Source: an uncultured Clostridia bacterium
GTDB taxonomy: Bacteria > Bacillota > Clostridia > Christensenellales > UBA1242
Assembly: GCA_934757855.1 (NCBI GenBank)
Contig: CAKVLR010000002.1
Coordinates: 93,825-157,824 of the forward strand
DNA: 64,000 nucleotides
Direction of reading: 5' to 3'
Position 1 is the first letter of the stretch. Each line of letters opens with the position of its first letter. The position numbers and the translations under genes were made by a program. Below the pieces are notes generated by a model. It was not told where the DNA came from. It saw only the letters and a program-made list of their open reading frames with translations, and did not search any database. Positions 62,537-64,000 of this stretch are shown here, piece by piece.

Positions 62537-63457
62537 TTATTTTGCTTGTAAGCATTGTTTCATTTGTTCAAAAGACTTACTTTTTTCTTGCTCAATTCCA
62601 TAAATTTCATCAGCAAAGGCAGATAAGTTGTTTAATCGGCGTTTTGCTGAATTTTTAGCAATAGTAGTTGCTTGCTCACCACGCGCAACACTTAAATTAC
62701 ACCATTTCAAGCAAGCAATATCATTTTCTCCATCACCAAAATAGATAATATCTCTTACATCTTGCGGTAAATTTGCATCTAATTTTTGGATTTCTTTTAG
62801 AGCGAACCATTTGTTCATTGCAGGCGCAGAAATATATTTTTCACTATATGTAGAATAATTATCTCCAAATAACATCGCTAATTTTGAATGAATTTCGGCT
62901 TTTTTGTCTTTACTAAGAGTAAAGAAATACATTTCATTTATATTACCAATTTCATTGATAAGGTCATCTATATTTTTAAAAGATGCAATATCAATATCTT
63001 GTAACTTCATTCCAGCACTACCCTTTTTGGCATCGTGCTTTTTAAAGAAATACATAGCGACCTTGTTCGCAATAGAATCAGGACAATCTACAAAATTGCC
63101 TTTTTCTGTCGCATACATTGCAATACAATTTTTGTCTACCGCACGAGCGTACAGTAACGCATCTTCAATATCACTCTCAGCAAAATGTTCATTCTTTACA
63201 TTTTTACCATCAGGCGAATAAATGAGTCCACCACCGTTAGCACCAATCCACGCTTTTATAGGAACGCCACCGATTGCTTCATTAATTTGTCTTAAAGCGT
63301 CTTGCGCCACACTCAAACTACCTCCTGTCAATAAAATAAAAGTAGTTTGTCTTTTGTCGGCCTTTTTGAAAATATCAATTACATCTAAGTCTAATTTACC
63401 AGTTTTATCAAGCAATGTACCTTCAACATCAAAAGCCAAAGTCAATTTCTTTTGCAT
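62537..63457 (-). CDS. HAD-superfamily hydrolase (Cof-like, subfamily IIB)
   Basis: 306 aa with N-terminal LAFDVEGTL (DxD-type variant), LLTGGS and C-terminal YFGDGENDIACL. Confidence 0.7.
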   Translation of the reverse strand: MQKKLTLAFDVEGTLLDKTGKLDLDVIDIFKKADKRQTTFILLTGGSLSVAQDALRQINEAIGGVPIKAWIGANGGGLIYSPDGKNVKNEHFAESDIEDALLYARAVDKNCIAMYATEKGNFVDCPDSIANKVAMYFFKKHDAKKGSAGMKLQDIDIASFKNIDDLINEIGNINEMYFFTLSKDKKAEIHSKLAMLFGDNYSTYSEKYISAPAMNKWFALKEIQKLDANLPQDVRDIIYFGDGENDIACLKWCNLSVARGEQATTIAKNSAKRRLNNLSAFADEIYGIEQEKSKSFEQMKQCLQAK

Positions 63458-63597
63458 AAATTTCCCCCCGTCTATATTTACTATTTACTTTTATTCTAAA
63501 AAGCATTATATCACAAAATATGCCAAAGTCAATATTTTTGCTAAAAAATAACTATTAAATTTTTCTTATAATTATTCAATTCGGTTTATTTTTATAA

Positions 63598-63641
63598 CTT
63601 AAAAAATAAATACTATGCAATGCATAATACATTGCATAGTA
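63598..63641 (-). terminator. Intrinsic terminator built from an inverted pair of the dispersed subrepeat
   Basis: TACTATGCAATG (63611-63622) and CATTGCATAGTA (63630-63641) are a perfect 12-bp inverted repeat with a 7-nt loop. On the minus strand it is followed by TTTATTTTTT, 47 nt after the upstream stop. Confidence 0.7.
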
Positions 63642-63687
63642 CTATATTTTACTGTTTATTATCATAAATTTAATATTTTTAAATAGT

Positions 63688-64000
63688 TTACATTAATAAT
63701 TCGCCATCATCAGTTTCTACAACTTTTTGTATATTTATTTGCTGTCCATTCTTCGCATCAATATATACATAATATGTCGAACCATCACCTATACCCATAA
63801 ACTCATAACAAAGCGTTTCACCCACATATTCATTTGGCACAATTACAAGTTTTACAGTACGCACATCTAACTCACTAGTTAAATTTTTGCGCGCCTCGAT
63901 TTCATTTATACTTGCTCCAAAATCGCTTCGCTCCGTGTGATTATATGCCCAACTTCTAGCCTCAAAACCCACAATTTCACCTGTATTTTGTGCTACTTTT
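63688..64000 (-). CDS. PepSY-domain protein C-terminus (YpeB-like germination protein), partial; ORF open to the window edge
   Basis: The frame stays open upstream of the ORF-track GTG (..KVAQNTGEIVGFEA..). The C-terminal YYVYIDAKNGQQINIQKV is a PepSY-type motif as in YpeB. Confidence 0.55.
   Translation of the reverse strand, partial: KVAQNTGEIVGFEARSWAYNHTERSDFGASINEIEARKNLTSELDVRTVKLVIVPNEYVGETLCYEFMGIGDGSTYYVYIDAKNGQQINIQKVVETDDGELLM

Overview
AT-rich chromosomal segment from an endospore-forming Bacillota (Clostridia-like) genome; it carries spoIIAA-spoIIAB-sigF, a PdaA/PdaB-type deacetylase and a YpeB-like C-terminus. The window opens inside a minus-strand 16S rRNA gene driven by a textbook TTGACA-17-TATAAT promoter. 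Most of the window is housekeeping: ung; a U32 peptidase, TrmR-like O-methyltransferase and RNase J; a parE/parC-type topoisomerase; murG; ddl and a murF-like gene; tsaE and a tsaB-rimI fusion; rsfS; yhbY-obg-nth; an unlisted rpmG followed by secE-nusG-rplK-rplA; hpf; fba; gap; mnmA. The accessory part lies at about 9.4-26.8 kb. Its centre is an ~11.6 kb single-strand phage-derived morphogenesis cluster: TerL, a TerS-like ORF, portal, scaffold, two tandem equal-length capsid paralogs, short-tail-type ORFs and a holin. I can find no integrase, replication, repressor, tape-measure or recognisable endolysin gene in or beside it. It is followed by a sigma-region-4-like regulator, two SH3b-anchored surface proteins and a BspA-type LRR protein. 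This cluster is my best candidate for a domesticated, GTA-like or satellite-like particle system, but a plain prophage remnant is not excluded. A dispersed repeat family (core GGTACTATGCA, in direct and inverted arrays, with 14-22 nt identities between loci) occurs at seven or more loci. It is concentrated in and around the phage-like cluster, supplies the stems of at least two intrinsic terminators, and sits in frame inside one CDS. Other points worth a second look are a 101-nt GC-clamped multi-hairpin element between nusG and rplK, a MurF-like ligase whose N-terminal domain is replaced by a polytopic membrane domain, a serine-palmitoyltransferase-like alpha-oxoamine synthase, a membrane protein with an AT-hook and H1-like tail, and a 30-nt alternating pyrimidine-purine tract upstream of ung. 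All calls rest on reading the sequence and recalled family motifs; no searches were run.
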